This document shows positions 1 to 9,473 of a stretch of DNA of 64,000 bases, in pieces. Position 1 is the first letter of the stretch. Each line of letters starts with the position of its first letter. Origin of the DNA: Eledone cirrhosa (lineage: Eukaryota); the NCBI GenBank assembly GCA_964016885.1, contig OZ024757.1, forward strand, positions 43,710,001 to 43,774,000. Reading direction: 5' to 3'. A program made the position numbers and the translations under genes. Under the pieces are notes generated by a model. It was not told where the DNA came from and made no database searches. It saw only the letters and a list, made by a program, of their open reading frames with translations.

Positions 1-83
1 AGTAAAGAGAGGGAGAGAAATAAGCGGTAGATAGAGCAATAGATGTAAAGAGAGGGTTAGAACGTTCAACTTGACAGTCAGTA

Positions 84-155
84 CATATGCCAACTACCCA
101 ACCGGCCAGCCAGCCGTATTTGCGGTTGACTGGCCAGTTGGGCGGTTGGTATGTG
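84..155. other. 72-nt imperfect GC-rich inverted repeat (35-bp arms) flanked by direct repeats; one per unit
   Basis: CATATGCCAACTACCCAACCGGCCAGCCAGCCGTA pairs with TGCGGTTGACTGGCCAGTTGGGCGGTTGGTATGTG. As + strand RNA this gives 27 Watson-Crick pairs, 5 G-U pairs and 3 mismatches. Other copies start at about 9944, 15908, 21810, 27714, 33615, 43353, 53193 and 59071. Confidence 0.9.
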
Positions 156-258
156 GAACGTTCAACTATGCAGTCAGTACCAAAGTTCAACATTGTAGCC
201 AGTGCATATGCCGATCGCCGCGACCTCTTTGCTCTATTTAAATGACCTGGAACTAAGT

Positions 259-371
259 AAAAAGAGTAGGAGATAACTCGACAAGAGCGGAGAGGGTGAG
301 ATTCGAACCATGTAAAGTCGTTGGCTCCTGAACTTCGTAAGCGGGGCTGCTACTGACTGAGCAACGCCGGC
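259..371 (-). ncRNA. tRNA-like RNA polymerase III cassette (type-2 promoter); degenerate tRNA, SINE head or small ncRNA
   Basis: Minus strand reads GCCGGCGTTGCTCAGTCAGTAGCAGC...ATGGTTCGAATCTCACC...CTCTTTTT: A-box-like TTGCTCAGTCAG, B-box GGTTCGAATCT, TTTTT terminator. Acceptor, anticodon and T stems do not pair as a tRNA. Confidence 0.55.
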
Positions 372-677
372 AGCAAGGCAAATCGCGCATAAAATAACGC
401 TTATATCGAGAAAATAAAACAAAAATTTCAATGTTGCACTCTTGTTTGTTGTTCTTTTATTTTACGTAAACATTTCGCTGCTCTAGCCTCTTATTTCCTA
501 TTAGATTACACTTAATTCCATTAAACATTCATTCTTAGTCTCGTGGTAAACTATTTCATCTATATTTATATCGCTGTTACAGCCTTTTATTTCTACATCT
601 ATCACCTATAGCCACTGTTACGCCGGTAGTATAAGTAGCTTTATAACAAGAAACGATGATATAACTCCACAAAATGT

Positions 678-722
678 CTTCTTGAGCAAGACACTTCACC
701 TCATATTGCTCCAGTACACCGA
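678..722 (+). mobile_element. Short SINE central-domain fragment (one per unit)
   Basis: CTTGAGCAAGACACTTCACCTCATATTGCTCCAGT matches the body of the full SINE at 13881-14232 (CCTTGAGCAAGACACTTTATTTCACATTGCTCCAGT). Confidence 0.7.
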
Positions 723-1169
723 GTTACACATAGACAGATACATACATACACATATATATGTACACAGATAGAAATAAGAGGGAGATAGAGTAAAAGATGT
801 AAAGAGAGGGTGAGAAGTACGAGTTAGATAGTGTAAAAGATTTAAAGAGAGGGTGAGAGTGTGACACACATTTATCTGTCTATCTCTCTCTATTTTAACA
901 CCGGTCGTTATAATTAGTTTTATAACACCGCTATATTACCGACATGAAAGAGGTAAATAATTATTTCTTAAATGTTTAGAACATGTTTCTCTTGTCTTCT
1001 TAAATGTATAGAACATGTTTCTTATTTATATTCTTAACATAGCTAGGACCTTATCTCATTTACTGGTCTCTACTTTTAGGGCTTTGCTGGTCCCATGTGC
1101 CCTCCATGAAGACACACTCGCCCCTTCTCTCTCAGTCTCCGTACTAATTACTACACATACGTATATATA

Positions 1170-3410
1170 TTTATTTTAAGAAACCTTAATGACAAATAAT
1201 ATAAAGTGTTTGTAAAGTGGGGAAGAGTAGTTTTACGGTGGGGTTGTTATATAGATATCGTTTTTGCAGTGGGGTCGTGACTGGCGTATAATAATGAGTC
1301 ACTGTTGATGTATATACAAATCATATTTTGGATATAAGTGAAGTTATTTAAGAGATTTAGTTGTTTTGTATACATTCCAGTTGTTGTCTCCCTGTTTCTT
1401 CTTCAACAACTATAACGGTACGCGATGGGGCCCACCCACAGCCCCGGCGGACAGAATGGAGAAGGCGTTTCCCCGGAGCACGGCAAGGGAGACGCGCTGG
1501 AAAAGCCACTCCAACTCGCGGGGCTCACACCTGCGACTGGCCAGCTCAGCGCCTATGGTGGTGAGTAAGGAGGTAGCCCTGGGGTCGAGGACACCAGAAG
1601 TCTCCACTTCCAGGGGTACGACCGCAAACCTGTCGGAGAGTGAACGATATGTGAGGAGTTTGGCCCTCTCAGCCTGACGTGCAGCAGAACCTGGGCCAGT
1701 CGCAGACTGCACCAGGTTGCGGCTGCAGAAAGTGTCGGTGCAAGTGGCATCCCAGACGAGGGGTTTGCCACCGCGGAACGGGAAGATGGTCATGCCATCT
1801 GGCCTTTTGCCGTCCCCTGGAGCTGGGAAGGGAAGCCTGCAGCGTCCAAGCCATGCTTAATGATTTCGTTGAGGGCAGCATGGCGTGGATTGCGGCTGGC
1901 ACTGTGGCGACAGGAAAGCGGGTGGAGGCCGAAAGAGTCCATGGTGGAACGGCAGCGACATTGGTGTGAGGCCGAGCCTCAGGGAAACGCCGATGCGCAA
2001 GCTATGGTTGTCTAGCTGCGTGCGAGTGGAGAAGGAGGGCAGGGCATGGAGCCAGGCCCCACTGTGGGGTTTGGAGGCCGCACGAAAACAAACAAGGCGG
2101 TGCTGGTCGAGCTGGCACGTGAGCCTGTCTGAGGCCAGGCTGCACTGGATGGCATCCCAAGTGTGTTGGGGGGACTTGACGTCAACAGGGGGAGAAGGAG
2201 GAGGAACGTCTACTGGGCTAAGTCCCAGCCGGTGCCACGTCTCACAGGCGGCCACGCGTTCTCTGAACACAGAGGGTTCTGTTGTGTTTTGAAGAACCCT
2301 GCTGAGGTGGACGTGGTACGAGGTTACCGACGAAAGATATGCCGGCAAAGCTAGTGAGATCGGGGACTGGAGGCGAAGGTCGCCATACCTGATAGGTAAA
2401 GTTGCATATCTCATCGGCTGCTGCTCGGATACAAGTCTGGGTGTAGCACAGAGTGTATAGAGGAGCTTCGGCATGGCGTAGCAGTTCCTCAGCAGAAAGA
2501 GAACTGGGTGGCCATCAATCAAGCCCAGTCGGCTCGTGAGAGTCTGAACTTGATGGTGGAGCGGATGGCCGGCGGGTGGATCGGTGAGGGCATCCTCTTT
2601 GGGGGTCACCTGAACCTGGCGGAGAATGGACCGCACGTCCAAGACGGAGATTGCAAAGCTTGCAGCATCGAGGCTGACATTCACCACCTCCGACTTGGCT
2701 GAGTTGACCTGGAGGTCGATTCCCGCCAGGGCAGGAACCACCGATTGAAGGTCATGGCAGACCGCCTGTACGGGCCCACCCAAAGTAGCATCATCCAGAT
2801 ACCAAACGTTGAGAGGGGCCGTTATACTCCGGGCGATGTGGTCAATACCAAGGGTGAACAGGAGGGGTCCCAAAGGGTTGCCCTGTTGGATCCCAGTAGC
2901 CAAGGGTATGACCGTATCAGCAGCATGTCGCATGCTCGGGGCTCCATATGACAGCTAGGCAGAGGGGGCTCGGCTGAGGCAGGCCTCGAGCAGATGATCC
3001 CAGCGTAAAGAGTTGAAGGCATTCCTCATGTCAAACTTGACAATGAGGTGGCTGGAGTCCCTGGATGCCGGTTCCGAGTGTTACGGACTTGCAGGTTACC
3101 TTGGCAGCCAGCCTCCGGAAGACATTGCCCACAGCAATGGGGCGTATGCCACCCTCTTTCTTCCTGAGAGCGGTGAAGCTGGCTGAAAAAAAGAGGCCTC
3201 GAGCATAAGAGTCCAGGGCGCCATGGATGAGCCTATTGGTGAGCCCCACAATTGCACTCAGAAGGCGGCGCCCGGCCTCAGCGGAGAGGGGAGATGTCAA
3301 CTCCTTGAGGAGGCCTGGTCAGAGACCATCAACATCACCGCAGCTGCTAGCTGGGAAGGACCTGATGGTGGACATGATGTCTGCATCAGAAGCCACAAGG
3401 AGCAAGTGTG
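1170..3410 (-). mobile_element. CRE-clade non-LTR retrotransposon (RT + CCHC + restriction-like endonuclease), 5'-truncated and disabled; copy 1 (long allele)
   Basis: Motifs across frames: IRSFPASSCGDVDGL*PGLLKEL, ALRKKEGGIRPIAVGNVFRRLAAK, NAFNSL, GIQQGNPLGPLLF, WYLDD, SGAWLHALP, CRC-x9-H-x3-C knuckle, GKRPDGMT..WDATCTDTF, VPLEVETSG, QRVSLAVLRGNA. Contains a stop and several frameshifts. The 3' end near AATAAA/(TA)n at about 1170 is inferred. Confidence 0.9.
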
Positions 3411-3481
3411 GATTACAATACAAAACCTCTGAGAATGATTTCTAAGATATTTCACCATAATTAATTTTCATCAATATATAT

Positions 3482-3783
3482 TAATATTATTATTGTTTAT
3501 TAGGTCAGGTGGATTGGCCAGAACAATTCTACTCTTCTTTTTTAGATGTCACGATTTTTCATGGCATTCCTGAGATCATTAATCTCCAGCTGGAGATCCA
3601 GAGACATCTGATGTATGTAGGTGAACCTCAGTCATCCCACTTGGGTCTTACTATGTTTAGGTATCCACCACAGGAGCCAGCTCATCAGGTCATCCTACCC
3701 TCAGCAGCAATGTCCAGCATCTATTGATTTCCGCTCCCTAGTTATTGTGGTAATCTTCGATATCTGGGAATATATTTCTTCTG
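3482..3783 (-). mobile_element. Decayed 3' end of a second LINE family (RTE-group-like C-terminus with an (AAT)n tail); one per unit
   Basis: Minus frame reads EEIYSQISKITTITRERKSIDAGHCC*G*DDLMSWLLWWIPKHSKTQVG*LRFTYIHQMSLDLQLEINDLRNAMKNRDI*KRRV. This resembles the LINE C-terminal pattern RxRRLxxAGH...LLWxP.HG...GRP..TY...AMxDR..W and is followed by an AAT tail. Other copies near 13320, 19218, 25120, 31025, 36913, 46741, 56489 and 62339. Confidence 0.7.
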
Positions 3784-4334
3784 CTTAAGGGAGTAATAAA
3801 TATATAGTTTTAAAAAAAACATATATATACACACACATATATATATGTTGTCATTTATAAGAGTTCTCTATCAAAAGCCTTCTCTATGTCCAAAGCTAAG
3901 TATAGTGGCTTATTTTTCTCTAAGAACCTCTTTTGTAGTTGTCTCACTAAGAAGAGGGCATCTGTTGCACTTTTCAGCGGCTTAATTAATTAATGAGGTT
4001 TAATTAATGAGGAATTTTGAGGTATTTATAACAATTATTAATTATTTCATTACTGAGATATCATTTGAAGGACTTACTAATGTTTTTATTTATTAATTAT
4101 TTTATTAGTAACTTAACATGTGGTTCTTGTATAAAATTATGTTGGAAGATTTTAGGAAGATGCAATGTAGCCGGTCGCGGTAAAATAGACGCCCAGGCTA
4201 TGTAGCCGGTAAGAGTGTCAGACTCCATGTGTTGCGGCCCTTTATGGTCTGAGTTAAGACAATTTAAAATCTTTTCCACCATCAATTGTTAAAAAACAAG
4301 TTAAAATCATTTTGTCGTCCATTTGTAACGTACG

Positions 4335-5140
4335 TTACACTTTAGTTACATACACATATACTATGTTACATACACACATCTACTGTGTTACATACACACA
4401 CATCAACTGGGTTATATACACACACATCTACTGCGTTACATACACATCTACTGTGTTACACACACATCTACTGTGTTACATACACACACATCTACTGAGT
4501 TACATACACACACATCTACTGTGTTACATACACACACATCTTCTGTGTTACATACACACATCTACTATGTTACATACACACATCTACTGTGTTACATACA
4601 CACACCTGTGTTACATACACACACATCTACTGAGTTACATACACACAGATCTACTGTGTTACATACACACACATCTACTGTGTTACACACATCTTCTATG
4701 TTACATACACACAATCTACTGAGTTACATACACACACATCTACTGAGTTACATACACACACATCTACTGAGTTACATACACACACATGTACTGTGTTACA
4801 TACACACATCTACTGTGTTACATACATACACATCTACTGTGTTACATACATACACATCTACTGTTACATACACACATCTACCGTGCTACACACACACATC
4901 TACCGTGTTACACACACACATCTACCGTGTTACACACACACATCTACCGTGTTACACACACACATCTACTGAGTTACATACACATATACTGAGTTACATG
5001 CAAACACACATCTACTCTGTTACATATACACATCTACTGTGTTACATACACATCTACTGTGATACACACACACACATCTACTCATACATATTCATAAATA
5101 GACACACATTATACAAATAATTATTACATACACACACATC
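4335..5140. repeat. Minisatellite, about 19-23-bp unit CATCTACTGTGTTACATACA(CA)n
   Basis: Directly visible tandem repeats. Copies at about 37766-38570 and 47594-48398. Confidence 0.93.
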
Positions 5141-5917
5141 TCTGTAATAATTCAGGAAGGAAGGGGCTGGTGAAACGCTATAGCAATGTGTGTGTGTTGT
5201 GTACCTTTCAGGTTTACCGGTTTCGTAGCCTATTTGAAGATTTTATTATAATTATGAACCTTATAATTCAATTAATTATGAATAATTTTGAGCTATTTAT
5301 CACAATTGTTAGTTAATTACTAACATAGTAACTTACCATATGGTTGTTATATAGAATTTTGTTGGAAGACTTTAATTTAGATAGGAACCATTTCCATAGT
5401 ACGAGAACTAATTTTGGCTGGGTTTCTACCAAAAGGGTTAATGAAGAATTTTGAACAATTTACTAAAATTATTAATTATTTCATTACTAAGATAATGTGT
5501 GAATACACAATTATATGTGTGTATATATATATAAACAGTATATATATATATATAGTATATATATATATAAACAGTATATATATATATATAGTATATATAT
5601 ATATATATAAACAGTATATATATAGTATACAAAAGATGTAGTGGGATAGTGTGTAGTCTTAAGACAAGTCTGTCCAGATAGCTGCGCTGTAACTTACACT
5701 TATTGGGACTGTGTGTTGGCAAGCAGGCCTGTATTTTGGGATCTAGCTGGTCCATTATGAGGGAGGTCTGGTTAGTTGGCAGCACCATGCCTTACTTGTG
5801 GTATATGTATGTATAGAAATAAGTTATTGTATATGCATAACTGTCCATCTATATGTATACATGTATGTTTACTTATATCTTTGCATACATATATACATTT
5901 TCAGATGTATACACGTA

Positions 5918-7837
5918 ATGGTCACCCGGATAGTAAACCAAGTCATACAGAATGGGGTTGTTCTGAAGGACTGGCGTAGCAGCATCATCATTAACTGTTA
6001 CAAGGGTAAAGGAGATGCCCTAGATAGGAGTAACTATAGAGGCATTAAATTAATCGACCAGGTCATGAAGGTCACGGAAAAAGTAATAGCGCAACTAATC
6101 AGAGAGAGAATTGATCTAGATGAAATGCAGTTCGGGTTTGTGTCAGGTAAAAGTACCACAGACGCTCTTTTCATTGTACGACAACTACAGGAGAAGTACC
6201 TAGTTAAAAGTAAACCCCTATACTTAGCTTTTGTTGACTTGGAGAAAGCCTTCGACAGAGTCCCCCGTTCCATTATCTGGTGGGCTCTTAGAAAACTAGG
6301 TGTTGAGGAATGGCTTGTGAGAGCTATACGAGCCATGTATAAAGAAACAGTCAGCAAGGTTAGAATTAACAACGAATATAGTGAAGAGTTTAGCGTAAAA
6401 GTTGGTGTTCATCAGGGCTCCGTCCTTAGCCCCCTACTATTTATTATTGCCCTTCAGGCTATAACAGTGGAGTTCAAGACCGGCTGCCCATGGGAACTCC
6501 TATACGCAGATGATCTAACGCTCATAGCTGAATCAATGGCCGAGCTAGAGAAGAAATTCCAAACATGGAAGCAAGGCCTAGAATCAGAAGGCCTTAAAAT
6601 TAACCTGGCTAAGACTAAAGTTCTAGTTTGTAGGAAAGAAAATAAGGCGCCGGTCCCTTCCGGGAAATGGCCATGCTCAGTGTGTAGGAAAGGCGTAGGT
6701 AGAAACTCCATTTTATGTCCCAAATGCAAAGTATGGGTTCATAAAAGATGTAGTGGGATCACAGGTAAGCTAACTAAGAACATAGATTTTACATGTGGCC
6801 GGTGCTCTGGTGCAATAAGTAGCAGCAAGTGCCCACAAAATACTAGCTCTTTCAATTGCGCAGAGGGTTCTATAGAAATAGTGGACAGCTTCCGTTACCT
6901 GGGTGACAAAATCAGCAGTGGGGGAGGGTGCTCTGAAAGTACAGTAGCTAGAGTCAGAACTGGATGGAAAAAGTTCAGAGAGCTTATACCACTATTAGCC
7001 GCTAAAGGGTTCTCCCTAAAAATGAAAGGCAGGTTGTATGATGCCTGCATATGAACAGCAATGTTGCATGGCAGTGAGACCTGGGCATTGTGTGCAGAGG
7101 ATATACGCAGACTAGAGAGGAACGAAGCTTGCATGCTTCGCTGGATGTGTAATAGTAATATATGTGAACGGCAAAGCATAAACGAACTAAGGGAAAAATT
7201 AGAAATAAGAGGGATCAGATGTTGTGTACTCGAGAGAAGACTACGTTGGTATGGTCCACGTGATGCGGATGAAAGACGACAGCTGTATAAAAAAAATGCA
7301 GGGCAATAAAGATAGACGGTAGCCACGGAGTAGGCAGACCCAGAAAAACCTGGGACGACTTGATAAATTCCGACCTCACACACTTACACCTCTCCAAGAC
7401 AATGTCACTGGACCGAGATCTTTGGCGGTACTCAGTAATAGAGAAGACCCGCCTTACCTAGATACAAAGTAAAACCTACTACAGTCAGTAGGCACCTCTA
7501 ACAAAATACACCCCCACCCCATCCACACCGCCCCTTTCAATGTAAAGTTATGTTGGTGCCACAACATCCAGGCCGAAACAAATGAGGTCGTGTAGGTGTC
7601 ACGACAAAAAAAAAAAACACAGTCCACGCAGTAATGTGGCCGTGTAGGTAACACGGTAAAAACCTCTCAGTCCCACACTGTAAATGCGTTTGGTGTTAGG
7701 AAGGGCATCCAGCTGTAGAAAACCCGCCAGACAGTCCTATGCGAGCAAGACAACCACTCTTGCCTCAAGTGGGAAAATTCCCGTCCAAACCCATGCAAGC
7801 GTGGAATATGGACGTTAAACGATGATGATGATGATGA

Positions 7838-7841
<4 letters not shown>
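5918..7841 (+). mobile_element. RTE-clade LINE, 5'-truncated (RT domain with embedded PHD finger, 3' UTR, (GAT)n tail); disabled
   Basis: KGKGDALDRSNYRGIKL, QFGF, AFVDLEKAFDRVPR, GVHQGSVLSPLLF, LLYADD, FRYLGD, MLHGSETW, RRLRWYG. Premature TGA at 7052 and a frameshift near 7255; ends in GACGTTAAAC(GAT)n. Confidence 0.93.
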
Positions 7842-7870
<29 letters not shown>

Positions 7871-7873
<3 letters not shown>

Positions 7874-8995
7874 CTTTGACATTTCTTAGAAAAAAAATGA
7901 AAAAGTTTTGTGAGAACCCCAATGTTTATTTATTTTATTTTATTTTTAAATAAAATTAATAACATTAATTTTATTTTGAAATTAGGTTTATAAATATTAA
8001 TTATCAGCAGACCTTTGTAGCAGTCTTGGCGGCTTAGTGGGAAGTACCAGAGATGGTGAGGTCCTTGTCTGTAGGTTCAATCCTGGTCTGGGAGTTCAAT
8101 CATTGCTGTAATGTGTCCTGTTAATCTTTTTTTAAATTTTCCTCAGAAAAAACTGAAAATCTTTGGTGAGAACCCCAATGTCTATTTATCTAATATAATT
8201 TAATTTATTTTATTTTATTTTACTTTAGTTAAATTGTCAAAACCACTGGTGATCTAAAGTTAGAGGAGACAGATAAAATAGACATATTGTCTCCTCAACC
8301 TTTAGATCTTCAGTGTTTTCGACAATTTAACTAAAATAAAAAATTAAATTCAATATAATTAAATAAATAGGGGTTCTCTTTTTCAAAGAGATATAGAAAG
8401 AAAATTATAAAAGATTAACATGACACCTTACATGTATCTCATGGACCAGGATTGAACCTGAGTCCCCAATTCAACCCTCAGACCAGGATTGAACACCCAG
8501 AACAGGATCTCACCATCTCTGGTACTTCCCACTAAGCTACCGAGACTGATACAAAGATGTACTGAAATTTAATATTTATAAACCTACTTTCAAAATAAAA
8601 TTAAAAATAAAATATATATATATATATATTCCTTTGACATTTCTTAGAAAAAAGAACTGAAAAAGTTTTGTGAGAACGCCAATGTCTATTTATTTTATTT
8701 TATTTTTAATTAAATTAGTTATATTTTGAAAGTAGGTTTATAAATATTAATTTTCAATAGACCTTTGTAGCAGTCTTGGTGGCTTAGTGGGAAGTACCAG
8801 AGATGGTGAGATCCTTGTCTGTAAGTTCAATTCTTGCTTGGAGACATGTCTAATGTGTCCTATTAATCTTTTTTAAATTTTCCTTTTACATCTCTTAGAA
8901 ATAACTGAAAATCTTTGGTGAGAACCCCAATGTCTATTTATCTAATATAATTAATTTAATTTAATTTAATTTAATTTTTATTTTAGTGAAACCAC
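7871..8995. mobile_element. Fold-back/MITE-like palindromic element (about 7955-8612) plus a third direct arm copy (8628-8995); arms carry tRNA-like A/B boxes
   Basis: The central 48-bp arms within 8224-8335 are near-perfect inverted repeats. GGCTTAGTGGGAAGTACCAGAGATGGTGAG occurs forward at about 8031 and 8781 and inverted at about 8510-8540. Also present in the other A blocks (centres at about 41644-41755 and 51473-51584). Confidence 0.75.
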
Positions 8996-9337
8996 TGTTG
9001 TATTCAAGAGACCAGGTGGAGGGGTGGGTCTGCTAGATTCATCGTGGGTAAAGAACGGTGCTATGAACTTTTCTGGGTGGGAAATGACAATGGGCTGGGT
9101 ATACACATACCACCCCACCACCCCACCGTAAAGTGGTCGTGGAGGCGCCACGGCAAAAAAGCACCCAGCCCGCTCTGTAAAGCTGACGTGGAGGTGCCAC
9201 GTAAAAAAGAAAAGCACCCAGCACTCACTGCAAACTGGGTTGGCGTCAGGAAGGGCACCCAGCTGTAGAAACCAATCCAGAATCAGCTCCCACCCCACCC
9301 TTGCAAGCATGGAAAAGCGGACGTATGATGAAGTTGA
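8996..9337 (+). mobile_element. 5'-truncated copy of the bipartite RTE derivative (A units)
   Basis: Starts at TGTTGTATTCAAGAG (CCIQETRW) and ends in the RTE tail. Also at about 42411-42752 and 52245-52586. Confidence 0.8.
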
Positions 9338-9436
9338 TATATATATATATATATTAGTATATATATACACATACATATGTACACATATACACATACATAT
9401 ATATATATATATACACACACATATATATCAGTGTAC

Positions 9437-9473
<37 letters not shown>

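Larger units (their letters stand above)
3982..8995. repeat. A-type-specific 5.0-kb block, copy 1
   Basis: Lies between the shared flanks ...CTTTTCAGCGGC and TGTTGTATTCAAGAG...; absent from B units. Confidence 0.9.

Noticed and set aside
259-371. Functional tRNA-Arg(ACG)
   Set aside because: The loop TTACGAA is present, but the acceptor, anticodon and T stems do not base-pair.
1857-2933. 358-aa RT ORF as a functional or domesticated protein
   Set aside because: The N-terminal RT motifs lie in other frames, the C-terminus is frameshifted, and the ORF is further broken in six of nine copies.
3509-3727. 72-aa + strand ORF conserved in all units
   Set aside because: It is antisense to a decayed LINE 3' end and starts at GTG. 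Its conservation only reflects recent unit duplication.
4312-5120. Long His/Thr/Tyr-rich ORFs (136-268 aa) and a CRISPR-like periodic look
   Set aside because: They are translations of a minisatellite. There are no unique spacers and no cas genes, and the context is eukaryotic.
5150-5240. Possible hammerhead/Penelope motif (CGAAACCGGT on the minus strand)
   Set aside because: No CTGANGA core or supporting stems found nearby.
5798-7054. 418-aa ORF as an intact gene
   Set aside because: The first 40 or so residues are microsatellite-like flank. There is no endonuclease, and a premature stop and downstream frameshift mark it as a truncated LINE.
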